The notes under the pieces: model-generated
Databases searched by the model: none
The model's input: the letters and a program-made list of their open reading frames with translations, nothing else
Told to the model about the DNA's origin: nothing
IMG/VR virus record: IMGVR_UViG_3300031260_000098
Span: 1-34,589 of that record
Length of the DNA stretch: 34,589 bases
Origin: a virus
Lineage: Duplodnaviria; Caudoviricetes
Strand: one strand, 5' to 3'
Part shown: in pieces, positions 10,025 to 17,899 of the stretch
Position numbering within the stretch: the first letter of the stretch is position 1
Layout of the letters: every line of letters starts with the position of its first letter
Program-made: the position numbers and the translations under genes

Positions 10025-10540
10025 TCAGCGTTGCGGGAACAGGAAGGCGAAGGCGATGCGCCGCCGCCAGGATGGGCTAAGTGGTTCCTCGATCACGCCG
10101 AGCCGCTCGTAGGCGTGGAGGAAGGTCTCGGGGCCGGTGAGGATCCCGACATGCTTGGGCGTCGCGCGGGGCCTCATGCGGAAGAGCACCAGCGCGCCGG
10201 GACCGGCCTCGGCAGGCGGCACCTCGATCATCATGCGTCGCGCGCCATCTGCCAGCCCTATCGGGCCTTCTCCGCCTCCAATCGCTCCACCGGAGCGATT
10301 GATCCCTTGCGGGACCGGCTCCGAAGCTTCGCGCGGTCCGGTCTCGCCCCAGTCGCGGCTGTAAGGCGGGATCGGGAACGGCTCGGGCCCGACGACCTCG
10401 CGCCAGACGCCCCGGGCGAGCCCGAGGCAGTCGCATCCCACACCGCGCAGGCTCGCCTGGTCGTGATAGGGCGTGCCGAGCCAGGAGCGTGCGACAGCGA
10501 CGATGCGCGCGGGGTCGGCTGATGCGAGAGGTTGCGTCAC
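10025..10540 (-). CDS. NlpC/P60 phage cell-wall peptidase (GTA g14-like)
   Basis: ARSWLGTPY, GCDCLGL (catalytic Cys), KHVGI and HAY motifs. Confidence 0.92.
   Translation of the reverse strand: MTQPLASADPARIVAVARSWLGTPYHDQASLRGVGCDCLGLARGVWREVVGPEPFPIPPYSRDWGETGPREASEPVPQGINRSGGAIGGGEGPIGLADGARRMMIEVPPAEAGPGALVLFRMRPRATPKHVGILTGPETFLHAYERLGVIEEPLSPSWRRRIAFAFLFPQR
10267..10326. repeat. In-frame double-hairpin element, family 2 copy C
   Basis: CAATCGCTCC-ACC-GGAGCGATTG (10279-10301), then TCCC-TTGC-GGGA and CCGG. Confidence 0.75.
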
Positions 10541-11457
10541 AGCACGCCCCCGTCGTGGCCGCCATCCTTCGTGGCATAGCGCAGCACCGCGTCCTGGCCG
10601 GGGATGTGCGGGAACCCGCGGAAGTTGACGGTGTTGGCGAACTTCGCGCCGCAGGTCTCCATGCGCTTGTCGCAGCCTGCGCGGATGGTGAAGGTGTCGC
10701 CCTCCGCGATCGCCCGCCCGTCTGCCCCCGCGCTCGAACCGGTGGCGCGCGGGGGCAGACCCTCAAGCAGGGTCAGCACGGCGACGCCGCCCGTCACGTC
10801 ATGGCCCAGCACCTCCGCGCGCCGTCCCGCGTTCGCGCCGCTGGTCCACGCGATCGTGCCGAAGGTGAACCAGCCGGCCTCGAACCCGGCGAGCCCCGAG
10901 GCGGTGAAGGCTCGGTCGCGCAGGCGATCGATCACGGCGCCCGCGCCCTTGAAAGCCGGGGCCTCCAGATCGACGCCGCAGCGCGCATCGCCGAGCGCGG
11001 CATCGCAGGTCGCCTGGAACGTCCGCCCGACCGTCTGGCCGAGGACATGCGCGAGCGAGCGGACCTCGGCGACGAAGGCGAGCCTCCCGCGCCGGACCTG
11101 GCCGATGGCCCCGCGTCGCATCAACACGCGCTGGCCCGTGTCGGCCCAGTTCACCCGCCAGACCTCGACCTCCGCGTTGTCCCAGCGGCCGTCGAGGATG
11201 TCGGTCTCGGTAATTCGGTCCGAGGTCAGCACACCCTCGGCGTCCTGCGCATCGACCGACAGGTCCGAGCCCGAGCGCACCTCCGATGCCGTCAACCCGC
11301 TCTCGGGCTCGAAGTCCGTGCCAATGAGGCTCAGCGCCCGGTCATGGTCGGTGAAGCCGAAGCCGACGCCATCGGCCCGCGTGATCCGCCAGCACCAGGC
11401 GAGCGTGGTCGTGCCCTCGTCGAGATGGGCCTGCAGGGCGGGCGAGAGGGATTTCAT
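10537..11457 (-). CDS. DUF2163 / TIGR02218 baseplate hub protein (GTA g13-like)
   Basis: TTTLAWCWRITR.DG..FGFTDHD, CDAALGDARC and GCDK...C..KF.N..NFRGFPHIPG motifs; start at MKSLS. Confidence 0.92.
   Translation of the reverse strand: MKSLSPALQAHLDEGTTTLAWCWRITRADGVGFGFTDHDRALSLIGTDFEPESGLTASEVRSGSDLSVDAQDAEGVLTSDRITETDILDGRWDNAEVEVWRVNWADTGQRVLMRRGAIGQVRRGRLAFVAEVRSLAHVLGQTVGRTFQATCDAALGDARCGVDLEAPAFKGAGAVIDRLRDRAFTASGLAGFEAGWFTFGTIAWTSGANAGRRAEVLGHDVTGGVAVLTLLEGLPPRATGSSAGADGRAIAEGDTFTIRAGCDKRMETCGAKFANTVNFRGFPHIPGQDAVLRYATKDGGHDGGVL
10720..10760. repeat. 41-bp in-frame hairpin element, family 1 copy B
   Basis: Perfect 14-bp arms GTCTGCCCCCGCGC/GCGCGGGGGCAGAC around TCGAACCGGTGGC; encodes GLPPRATGSSAGAD on the minus strand. 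Confidence 0.85.
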
Positions 11458-11532
11458 GGAATATCCTTGATGCGTTTGGTGCTGTGAGCCATCGTGTCCG
11501 TGAGGGTGAGTTGACCGCAGAGGGGCGCTTGC

Positions 11533-11721
11533 ATGACACACGATGCGACTGGCAAGGCTGGAAGCAGCAGCGAATCTACCGACAGGAGCGATCCTGATCC
11601 GGAGCGAGTAATTCTTGATGTCATGACCCCGGAGGCGTTCCTGGAGGCATTGAAAAAGGCGGCCCCGTCAGAGGATCACGACGGGACACCGATCTGTCAT
11701 CCTGCGCCCCGGACCAGGTGA
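11533..11721 (+). CDS. Small hypothetical protein (possible moron)
   Basis: 62-aa ORF with GAGGGG upstream, antisense to the tail operon, inside a lower-GC ~310-bp insert between two normally adjacent tail genes. Confidence 0.4.
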   Translation: MTHDATGKAGSSSESTDRSDPDPERVILDVMTPEAFLEALKKAAPSEDHDGTPICHPAPRTR

Positions 11722-11771
11722 CGGATCGCGTCATTCGCACGGACGATGTCCGGATTACGCTGACATCCCCC

Positions 11772-12398
11772 TCATCGCCGGATCTCCAGCAACGGTATGG
11801 AGGTGATCGAGCCGCGCCGCTCGAGATCGAGCGTCACGTCGAGCACGTCGGTGTCGAACCGGACGGGGACGTCGAAGGCGAAACCCGCGGTGATCGCGAC
11901 GCCCGATCCCGGCGCGGCGCCAAAGCTGACGACGCCGGTCACGGTATCGACCGACCAGCCGGAGGGCTGCTCGACGCCACCGAGGGCGACGCGCACGCTG
12001 CCTGCCACCGGCTTGGCGATGCTACGCGTCCAGGACTGCGCCCCGGACGCGTAGCGCTTCACCAGCTGGAAGGCGGTCGTCGTGCCGTCGCCCGTGCCGA
12101 TCGCCTGATCGGTGGGCGACGGCGTACCCGAAGGCAGGCAGGACTTGTGGTCGCCCCAGTCCTTGAAGCGGAAGCCGTGCAGGCGCCCGTTCCGTGCCTC
12201 GAAGAAGGCGACGACCGCCGCCAGGTCGTCGGCGCGGCGGATGCCGTAAGCGACATCAAAGCGGCGGCGCGAGTTGGCCCAGCTCGCGTTGCGCTCCTCG
12301 TCGCCCGAGGCGAGCTCGACGATCTGCGTCCGCCGCTCCGGTCCACCGCGGGCGCCGCGGCTGATGTTGTCGGGAAACCGGACCTCGTGAAACGCCAT
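11772..12398 (-). CDS. DUF2460 / TIGR02217 distal tail protein (GTA g12-like)
   Basis: MAFHEVRFP, FFEARNGRLHGFRFKDW and FDVPVRFDTD motifs; TGATG overlap with the tape measure stop. Confidence 0.92.
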   Translation of the reverse strand: MAFHEVRFPDNISRGARGGPERRTQIVELASGDEERNASWANSRRRFDVAYGIRRADDLAAVVAFFEARNGRLHGFRFKDWGDHKSCLPSGTPSPTDQAIGTGDGTTTAFQLVKRYASGAQSWTRSIAKPVAGSVRVALGGVEQPSGWSVDTVTGVVSFGAAPGSGVAITAGFAFDVPVRFDTDVLDVTLDLERRGSITSIPLLEIRR

Positions 12399-14854
12399 CA
12401 CATGCCCCTCCGCCCGAGCGAGACGGCGCGGGCGATGTCCGCCGCGACCTGCGTGCGAGATTGCCGGAAGCTCTCGGCGTCGCGGGTGTTGATGTTCACC
12501 GTCACGCCACCGCCCGCGCCGTAGCTCTGCGCCTCGCGCCGCGAGAGCACCCGCTCGCCGCGCTGCAGGATCGCGGGCACCTCGTCGGGCCGGAGGCCCG
12601 CAAAACCAGAAGTGGGCCGGAGGCCCGCAAAGCCGGAAGTGGGCCGCAGCCCGGCCATGCCGCCGGAGTGCATCCGGGGTGCAGCGGTGAAGGCCATGGC
12701 CGGGACCATGCGCGCGGGGCCGGCGCTGCCGACCATCCCGCCCGCATGCAGGACATTGGCGAATATCCCGCCGCCCAGTTTGCCGAGCACGCCGGAGAGC
12801 GCACCCGCGACCGGCCCGAGGATGAAGCGCCGCGCCGCGAGTTTCGCGAGGTCCGCCAGCAGCGAGGTGACCAGATCGCGAAAGTTCAGCTTGCCGGTCT
12901 TCACGAACTCGCCCACGGCGTTCCCGGCCGAGCGGAAGGCCCCGACGAGGCTCTGGCCGATATCGCCGCCGATGTCGCGCGCCTTGTTGGCATAATCGGA
13001 GAGCGTCGCGACAACCGCCTCCCATCCCGTTTTCGTTTCCTGCGCCGCTTTCTTCCCCGCGCCACCGGCGCGCCCGCCCGCGGCGGCCGCATCGTCGAGG
13101 GACCGGGAAACATCGGATGCGGTCTTTGCGGTCTCGCCAAGCGCGGCTTCGGTTCCAGTCACGGCATCCTTGAGCGCCTGCCATGCTGTCATGGGGCGCG
13201 ACGCGGCATCCGAAAGCTTCCCCGCGGCCTCGGAATATTCCGCAGCCCGCCCGCGCGCGGCGTCGGCCATGCCGCCGAAGAGGTTCGGCGACTCGAGATA
13301 GGTGCGGCCCATGGCCGCGCGGAAGGCATCGCCGGCCGCGTTGCCCGCGGCGGCGGCAGCGCCGGCATAAGGGTTCTCGATCCCGCCCAGCGCCACAGGA
13401 TCCAGCGTGCCGATGCGGACACCGCCTTCGCCCGTCGCCCAATCCGGAAGCCGTGCCAGCGCGCTGTTGAGCGTCTCGATGAATGCGTTGATGCGGGTGA
13501 CAACCGCGTTGAGCATCGACTCGACGCCGCCGATCAGCCCGTTGGCCGCCTGGAAGACGAAATCCCCGATCGCCCGGGGCAGCATGCCCCAGGTCGCCCT
13601 GACCGCATCGAAGGCACCCTGGAACGTCCCGACCGCGCTGTTGCCCCAGCCCACCACCGCGTCCGTGGCGCCCTGCAGGCCGTCGTAGATCACCGCCTGC
13701 GCCGAGGCCCAGCCCGTCTCGACGCGCGCCCAGGCGGCGCGCGCGCTCAGCGAGATACGGTCCCAGGCCTCGACGGCGAGGTCCCCGAGCAGGCTCATGG
13801 CGTTGCCGAAACCGCCAGCGCCCTGCACGAGACGGGTGAACTGGTAGACCAGCTCGCCCGCGCCGACGATCAGCGCGCCGATACCGGTGCGAACGAGCGC
13901 GCCGCGCAGGACAACGAGCGTGGTGGCGAGGCCGCGCACCGACAGCGCGGCGGCCGCCAGCCCGGCCACCCAGCGGCCCGCGAGGAAGGCGGCGAAGCTC
14001 GCGGCATAGGTCGTCAGCCGGCCGAGGTTGGCGAAGAGGCCATGAATGGCAATGCCGAGCGGCCCGGTGGTGCGCGCCACGGCCGCCATGGCCTCGGCGA
14101 CGGTTTCCAGCGCAGGCGCCGCGGCGACCGCCAGCTGGTTCGAGAGCCCGCGCCAGATCAACCCAAGCCGGGAAATCGCGTCATTGGTGTGCTCGATCTG
14201 GTCGGCATCCTGGTCGGAGACCACCACCCCGAAGGCGAGCACGTCCTCTGTCGCCTGCCGCAGCGTTGCCGTGTCGATCCGGGTAAACACGAGCGCCGCG
14301 CGGTCGCCGAAGAGTTGCGAGGCGACCGCCGCGCGCTCGGCTTCCGGCACGAACGCGGCGAGCCTCTCCTGGATGAGGGCGATGCGCCGGTCGAGCGGCA
14401 GGGCCTGCAGTTCGGCCGCCGACACGCCAAGCCGGTCGAGCGCATCGGCTGCGGGACCAGTCCCCGCGGCGGCCTGGCTCAACCGCCGGGTCAGTTGCAG
14501 GGTGGCCTGCTCGATCTGGCCCATGGAGACACCGGCCAGATCGCCCGCGCGCTCCAGCACCTGAATACTGGCGACGGTGGTCTCGAGGGAAGCTGCGAGC
14601 TTGGCCTGCGCATCCACCGTCTGCAGACCGGAGCGGATCATGGCGACGCCCGCCGCCGTGGCCGCAGCCACCGCAGCGGCTGACGCGACCCGCACACGGC
14701 GCGAGAAGGCCGCCAGCCGCCGGTTCGCCGCCTCCATTTCCTGGCTGAGCCGCCCAAAGCCACGCTTGCCGACCTCGCCCACGCCTTCCAGCTCGGTGCG
14801 CACCTGCCGTCCGCCCACGGCCGCGAGGCGGACGCTGACCCGTTTCTCGGCCAT
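12398..14854 (-). CDS. Tail tape measure protein
   Basis: 818 aa, Ala/Gly-rich; MAEKRVSVRL start and GLRPDEVPAILQRGERVLSR C-terminus; lies downstream of the chaperone genes. Confidence 0.9.
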   Translation of the reverse strand: MAEKRVSVRLAAVGGRQVRTELEGVGEVGKRGFGRLSQEMEAANRRLAAFSRRVRVASAAAVAAATAAGVAMIRSGLQTVDAQAKLAASLETTVASIQVLERAGDLAGVSMGQIEQATLQLTRRLSQAAAGTGPAADALDRLGVSAAELQALPLDRRIALIQERLAAFVPEAERAAVASQLFGDRAALVFTRIDTATLRQATEDVLAFGVVVSDQDADQIEHTNDAISRLGLIWRGLSNQLAVAAAPALETVAEAMAAVARTTGPLGIAIHGLFANLGRLTTYAASFAAFLAGRWVAGLAAAALSVRGLATTLVVLRGALVRTGIGALIVGAGELVYQFTRLVQGAGGFGNAMSLLGDLAVEAWDRISLSARAAWARVETGWASAQAVIYDGLQGATDAVVGWGNSAVGTFQGAFDAVRATWGMLPRAIGDFVFQAANGLIGGVESMLNAVVTRINAFIETLNSALARLPDWATGEGGVRIGTLDPVALGGIENPYAGAAAAAGNAAGDAFRAAMGRTYLESPNLFGGMADAARGRAAEYSEAAGKLSDAASRPMTAWQALKDAVTGTEAALGETAKTASDVSRSLDDAAAAGGRAGGAGKKAAQETKTGWEAVVATLSDYANKARDIGGDIGQSLVGAFRSAGNAVGEFVKTGKLNFRDLVTSLLADLAKLAARRFILGPVAGALSGVLGKLGGGIFANVLHAGGMVGSAGPARMVPAMAFTAAPRMHSGGMAGLRPTSGFAGLRPTSGFAGLRPDEVPAILQRGERVLSRREAQSYGAGGGVTVNINTRDAESFRQSRTQVAADIARAVSLGRRGM
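12587..12653. repeat. 27-bp tandem repeat (about 2.5 copies) in the tape measure gene
   Basis: GGGCCGGAGGCCCGCAAAACCAGAAGT / GGGCCGGAGGCCCGCAAAGCCGGAAGT / GGGCCGCAGCCCG; protein (GLRPTSGFA)x2. Confidence 0.9.
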
Positions 14855-14899
14855 TACTGTGGTCCTCGCGCATTAGCGATGATTGTGCTACGGTTAGAC

Positions 14900-15160
14900 A
14901 TCCCAAAGGTCTGGGGAAAGGAGGTCTGTCTTGACCAAACTTTTGAATGACCCGGAAAACCCCACAGCGCGGGGATAACCACGGCTCTCCGGGGAAGCGC
15001 TTGATAGGAGTGCAAGAGCACCAGGGCTGAAAAGCCCCGTGGGATCGCGGTAAGGCGAGGCGTGGCGCGCTGGCTTATCAGCGACGTTACCCAAGCAGAC
15101 GGATCGTCCTATCCCGACCGAGCTGCTCAGCGGCCCCGCTCTGGCGGGGTCGCACTCTCT
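14900..15160 (+). ncRNA. Putative structured RNA moron carrying a 15-codon 5' ORF
   Basis: Extended -10-like TGCTACGGT (14886-14894), several nested helices, loop-loop complementarity GATAGG/CCTATC and a terminal GC hairpin. No credible long ORF. Confidence 0.55.
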
Positions 15161-15163
15161 TCT
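15130..15163 (+). terminator. Putative intrinsic terminator
   Basis: GCGGCCCCGC-TCTG-GCGGGGTCGC followed by pyrimidine-rich ACTCTCTTCT (weak U tract). Confidence 0.55.
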
Positions 15164-15826
15164 AACTGCCTTGTCTTGCCATCTGCTCGTTGAGCTTGGC
15201 GACCATCACCGCCTCAACGGCGGGCAGCAGTTCAGCAATGGCGAGCGGCGGCACGCCGAGCGCGTCCCCGAGCGCCAGCGCTGCTGACAGGTCCCAGCCG
15301 ATCACCGCGCCGGGCAGCACGCGCAGCTGACCTCCGAGACGGCCGACCAGGTCCCAGACCTGCCAACCCTCCGGCGTTTCCGGACGGTTCAGCCGCGCCG
15401 GGCAGTCCGGGCAGGCTTTCGTGCAGGCTTGGCAGTACCGCTCGCCCCCGCCGAAGGACCATTCGGCGAGAGCGCGGAGGCGTTTTTTTCCTGTTCCAGC
15501 AGCAGGCCCTTCGAGACGTAGGTCAGCTGGAAGGCCTCGAAGATCGGCCAGATGTCGAGCAACGCGTCGATGGCCTCGGGGCTGGGATCGATCGACTTGC
15601 CGTCGGCGTCGCCGATGCCCTCCCAGGCGAGCACGGCGCGCCGCGCGAGCGCCTTGACGAAGGCAAGGGCGCGCTCCTCGTCCGAAGCGTCGTCGGGCAC
15701 CGCCTCGACGGCGGGATCACTGCGGGTCGCCACCATCAGCGCGGTGGTCAGCGGGCGCAGCTGCACCCGGACGCCGGGCGCGAGGTCATGCCAGCGCGGG
15801 GCGTTCGTCAGGTCGAGCGTCAGCAT
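15162..15826 (-). CDS. Tail assembly chaperone, extended gpGT-like product via -1 frameshift
   Basis: After A-AAA-AAC the -1 frame reads RLRALAEWSFGGGERYCQAC...CPDCP...GWQVWDLV...KLNEQMARQGS and stops at 15162. Confidence 0.75.
15389..15826 (-). CDS. Tail assembly chaperone (gpG-like)
   Basis: MLTLDLTNAPRW start overlaps the tail tube stop (TGATG); lies between tube and tape measure genes. Confidence 0.85.
   Translation of the reverse strand: MLTLDLTNAPRWHDLAPGVRVQLRPLTTALMVATRSDPAVEAVPDDASDEERALAFVKALARRAVLAWEGIGDADGKSIDPSPEAIDALLDIWPIFEAFQLTYVSKGLLLEQEKNASALSPNGPSAGASGTAKPARKPARTARRG
15482..15488 (-). promoter_or_regulatory. Programmed -1 ribosomal frameshift slippery site A AAA AAC
   Basis: In-frame X XXY YYZ heptamer (EKN codons) at the canonical G/GT position. 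Confidence 0.8.
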
Positions 15827-16767
15827 CAGTAACTCTCCACGTCGTTCACGAGGGTGGCGGTGCACATCCGGCCGACGACGCTGTCGCGCGCGGCCTGCCA
15901 GTCGAAGGTGGCCTGAACGCCCTGCGGCCCGGAGATCTCGACCCGCGGGCGCGGCAGGTAGACGGCGTGCACGGTCAGGCGCAAGCTCTCGCCGGAGGGC
16001 AGGACGTAGGCGAACTCCATCTCGCAGGCCTCGCCGCCCGTCGCCTGCGTCACCAGCGTCTGGTCGGCGAAGCGCACCTCGATCCGGCCGGTCAGCGCGG
16101 CGATGGACGGGTCCGCCCCGTCGATGCGGCCGTCCGAGCGGATGGTCTCGATGCGGTCGAGGTTGTTGGCATAGGCGATCTCGGCCGAGACCACGTTGCC
16201 GAGGGCGGTGCCGTTCCGGGTGATCGCGCCGTTGAAGTGCCCGAAGCGCTTGAGCTCCAACGCTGCTGGGGTTCCAGCGCTGGTGGTCGTGCCGACCGTC
16301 TCGCCCTGCGCCACCAGCCGCGCGGTCGCGGTGAGCAGGCCCGAGCGCTGCATCTGCCAGGTGATCTGGTCGAGCACGCAGCCGGAGTACATCGCGTAGC
16401 GCGGCACTTCCGGCATGCCGGTCTCGATCGACATGCTGGGCAGCGTCCAGGACCCTGACTGGAACTCGTGGCTGTACGGGGCTTCCACACCCGTGGTCGT
16501 GGGCGCGCCGAAGGCCGCCTTCAGCCAGAAGCCAAGTGCCTCGGCGTCGAGCGGCACGACGACATCGCCATCGGCCGTCACCGCGTCCTTGATCGGCGCC
16601 AGTGGATCGCGGCCGTAGCCGAGAAGCTCCGAGTTCAGAAGCGGTTGCTCCGCACCGAGTGAGGTGCTGGCGAAGGGCATGCGGGTGAAGCCGCTGGCGG
16701 GCGGCGTTCCATAGGTCGTCTCGAACGCAAGCGCCATCAGCGCCCGCGCCCCCTGGGCTCGTGCCAT
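15826..16767 (-). CDS. Phage tail tube (major tail) protein
   Basis: MARAQGARALMALAFETTYG start, 313 aa, beta-rich; position in the tail module. Confidence 0.88.
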   Translation of the reverse strand: MARAQGARALMALAFETTYGTPPASGFTRMPFASTSLGAEQPLLNSELLGYGRDPLAPIKDAVTADGDVVVPLDAEALGFWLKAAFGAPTTTGVEAPYSHEFQSGSWTLPSMSIETGMPEVPRYAMYSGCVLDQITWQMQRSGLLTATARLVAQGETVGTTTSAGTPAALELKRFGHFNGAITRNGTALGNVVSAEIAYANNLDRIETIRSDGRIDGADPSIAALTGRIEVRFADQTLVTQATGGEACEMEFAYVLPSGESLRLTVHAVYLPRPRVEISGPQGVQATFDWQAARDSVVGRMCTATLVNDVESY

Positions 16768-16791
16768 GGTGTTCTCCTCGGGTTGTCGGGG

Positions 16792-17265
16792 TCAGGCCAG
16801 CGGGTCGGCCGTGGAATAGTGCAGGATCACCGGGATCACGGCGGCCTTCAGGCTGGCCGCGCCCTCGACCGGCAGATCGACCGGGCGCGGCGCTTCCGCC
16901 TCGACCCAGTCGCAAAGCCCGCCCAGCGTGCGGTCGGCGGCGAGTGCCGCGCCGATGCTGGCGGTCAGCGTGTCGAATAAGGCGTCACGGTCGTTCGGTC
17001 CTTGCAAGGATCCCCCGGACCCTTGCATCTGCTGCGCAGACCGGGCCTCACCCTGCACGACCGCCTCGATCTCGGCGCGGTGCTGGTAGTGGTAGCGCGG
17101 GGGCGACAGCGTGACTTCCGGCTCCCCCGGCTCGCCATCGCGCAGGATCAGCAGACCCTCGGCCGGCACGCGCTCGGGCAGCACCTCTCCGCGCAGTGCG
17201 GTGGCGGGCAGCGCCGAGAGCCGCGCGTGCAGCGCGGCGAGGATGGTTTCGCGAAGGGTGGGCAT
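16792..17265 (-). CDS. Putative tail terminator/completion protein
   Basis: MPTLRETIL...ADRTLGGLCDWVEAEAP; immediately upstream of the tail tube gene. Confidence 0.75.
   Translation of the reverse strand: MPTLRETILAALHARLSALPATALRGEVLPERVPAEGLLILRDGEPGEPEVTLSPPRYHYQHRAEIEAVVQGEARSAQQMQGSGGSLQGPNDRDALFDTLTASIGAALAADRTLGGLCDWVEAEAPRPVDLPVEGAASLKAAVIPVILHYSTADPLA
16997..17047. repeat. In-frame double-hairpin element, family 2 copy D
   Basis: TGCAAGGATCC-CCC-GGACCCTTGCA (17003-17027, one mismatch), then TCTGC-TGC-GCAGA and CCGG. Confidence 0.75.
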
Positions 17266-17368
17266 TTGATAATGAAACTCCGGGGACACTTGTTCAGCGC
17301 GGAAAACATCCGTGAGCGTCGCGCTCCTGATACCCATCGATTGAAAATCCAAGAGGGTCTCAGACCGA

Positions 17369-17899
17369 ATGTGCCAGAATGCATCTGATTTCAGACTAGG
17401 TGCCGTCCATCCAAACATACTTCTCGTTGGCGCTTGTCCTGGCCGCGAAGAAGAGGCCAGCAATAGACCTTTCGCGGGAGTCGCCGGTCGGTGTCTAAGG
17501 TCGATGATGCTTAGCTTGAACGGGTTTAGGCCGATGCTTTTTCCTTCCCCGCATCCTGACGCGTACAGCATGTTGAACGCGCACGACTTACCGAGATATC
17601 GAGCCCGTCCGGGTTATGACGGTCGAACGCAGCCGACCAGACTGGAAGTGTTTGCCCCAGAGAACAGGGAAAGGGTCGCTGCGAAACTTCTTCACACGCA
17701 GCCGACTATGGTCCTGTATCTAGGGAACGTGGCCGAGTTCATTGACCCCATCGTGCAGGAGCTTCGACCAGAGGCGCTTGTCTTTCGAACGGGCCATCCT
17801 TCACCTTCTGGATGGAACACTTTTGCTCAATACGTCGGCCGTCCTCGGGAAGAGAAGCTTGAAAGGTGGGCGCGAGATCAATTCCGGCAACTCAGATAG
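17369..17899 (+). CDS. Uracil-DNA glycosylase superfamily protein (moron)
   Basis: Motif A-like ILLVGACPGREEEASNRPFAGVAG, a central LYLG and motif B GHPSP; lower GC and opposite strand to its neighbours. Confidence 0.8.
   Translation: MCQNASDFRLGAVHPNILLVGACPGREEEASNRPFAGVAGRCLRSMMLSLNGFRPMLFPSPHPDAYSMLNAHDLPRYRARPGYDGRTQPTRLEVFAPENRERVAAKLLHTQPTMVLYLGNVAEFIDPIVQELRPEALVFRTGHPSPSGWNTFAQYVGRPREEKLERWARDQFRQLR

Noticed and set aside
6014-12398. Gene transfer agent cluster
   Set aside because: The tail genes are RcGTA-like, but the head module is lambda-type (gpA, gpW, lambda portal, cos-like site) with methylases and a long tape measure, so this is a prophage.
14894-15094. 66-aa minus-strand ORF across the putative RNA
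   Set aside because: TTG start without an SD and no recognisable features; promoter, SD and terminator signals all point to the + strand.
15827-16915. 508-aa ORF 15389-16915 as one protein
   Set aside because: Only the part from ATG 15826 is the chaperone; the rest is an off-frame overlay of the tail tube gene.
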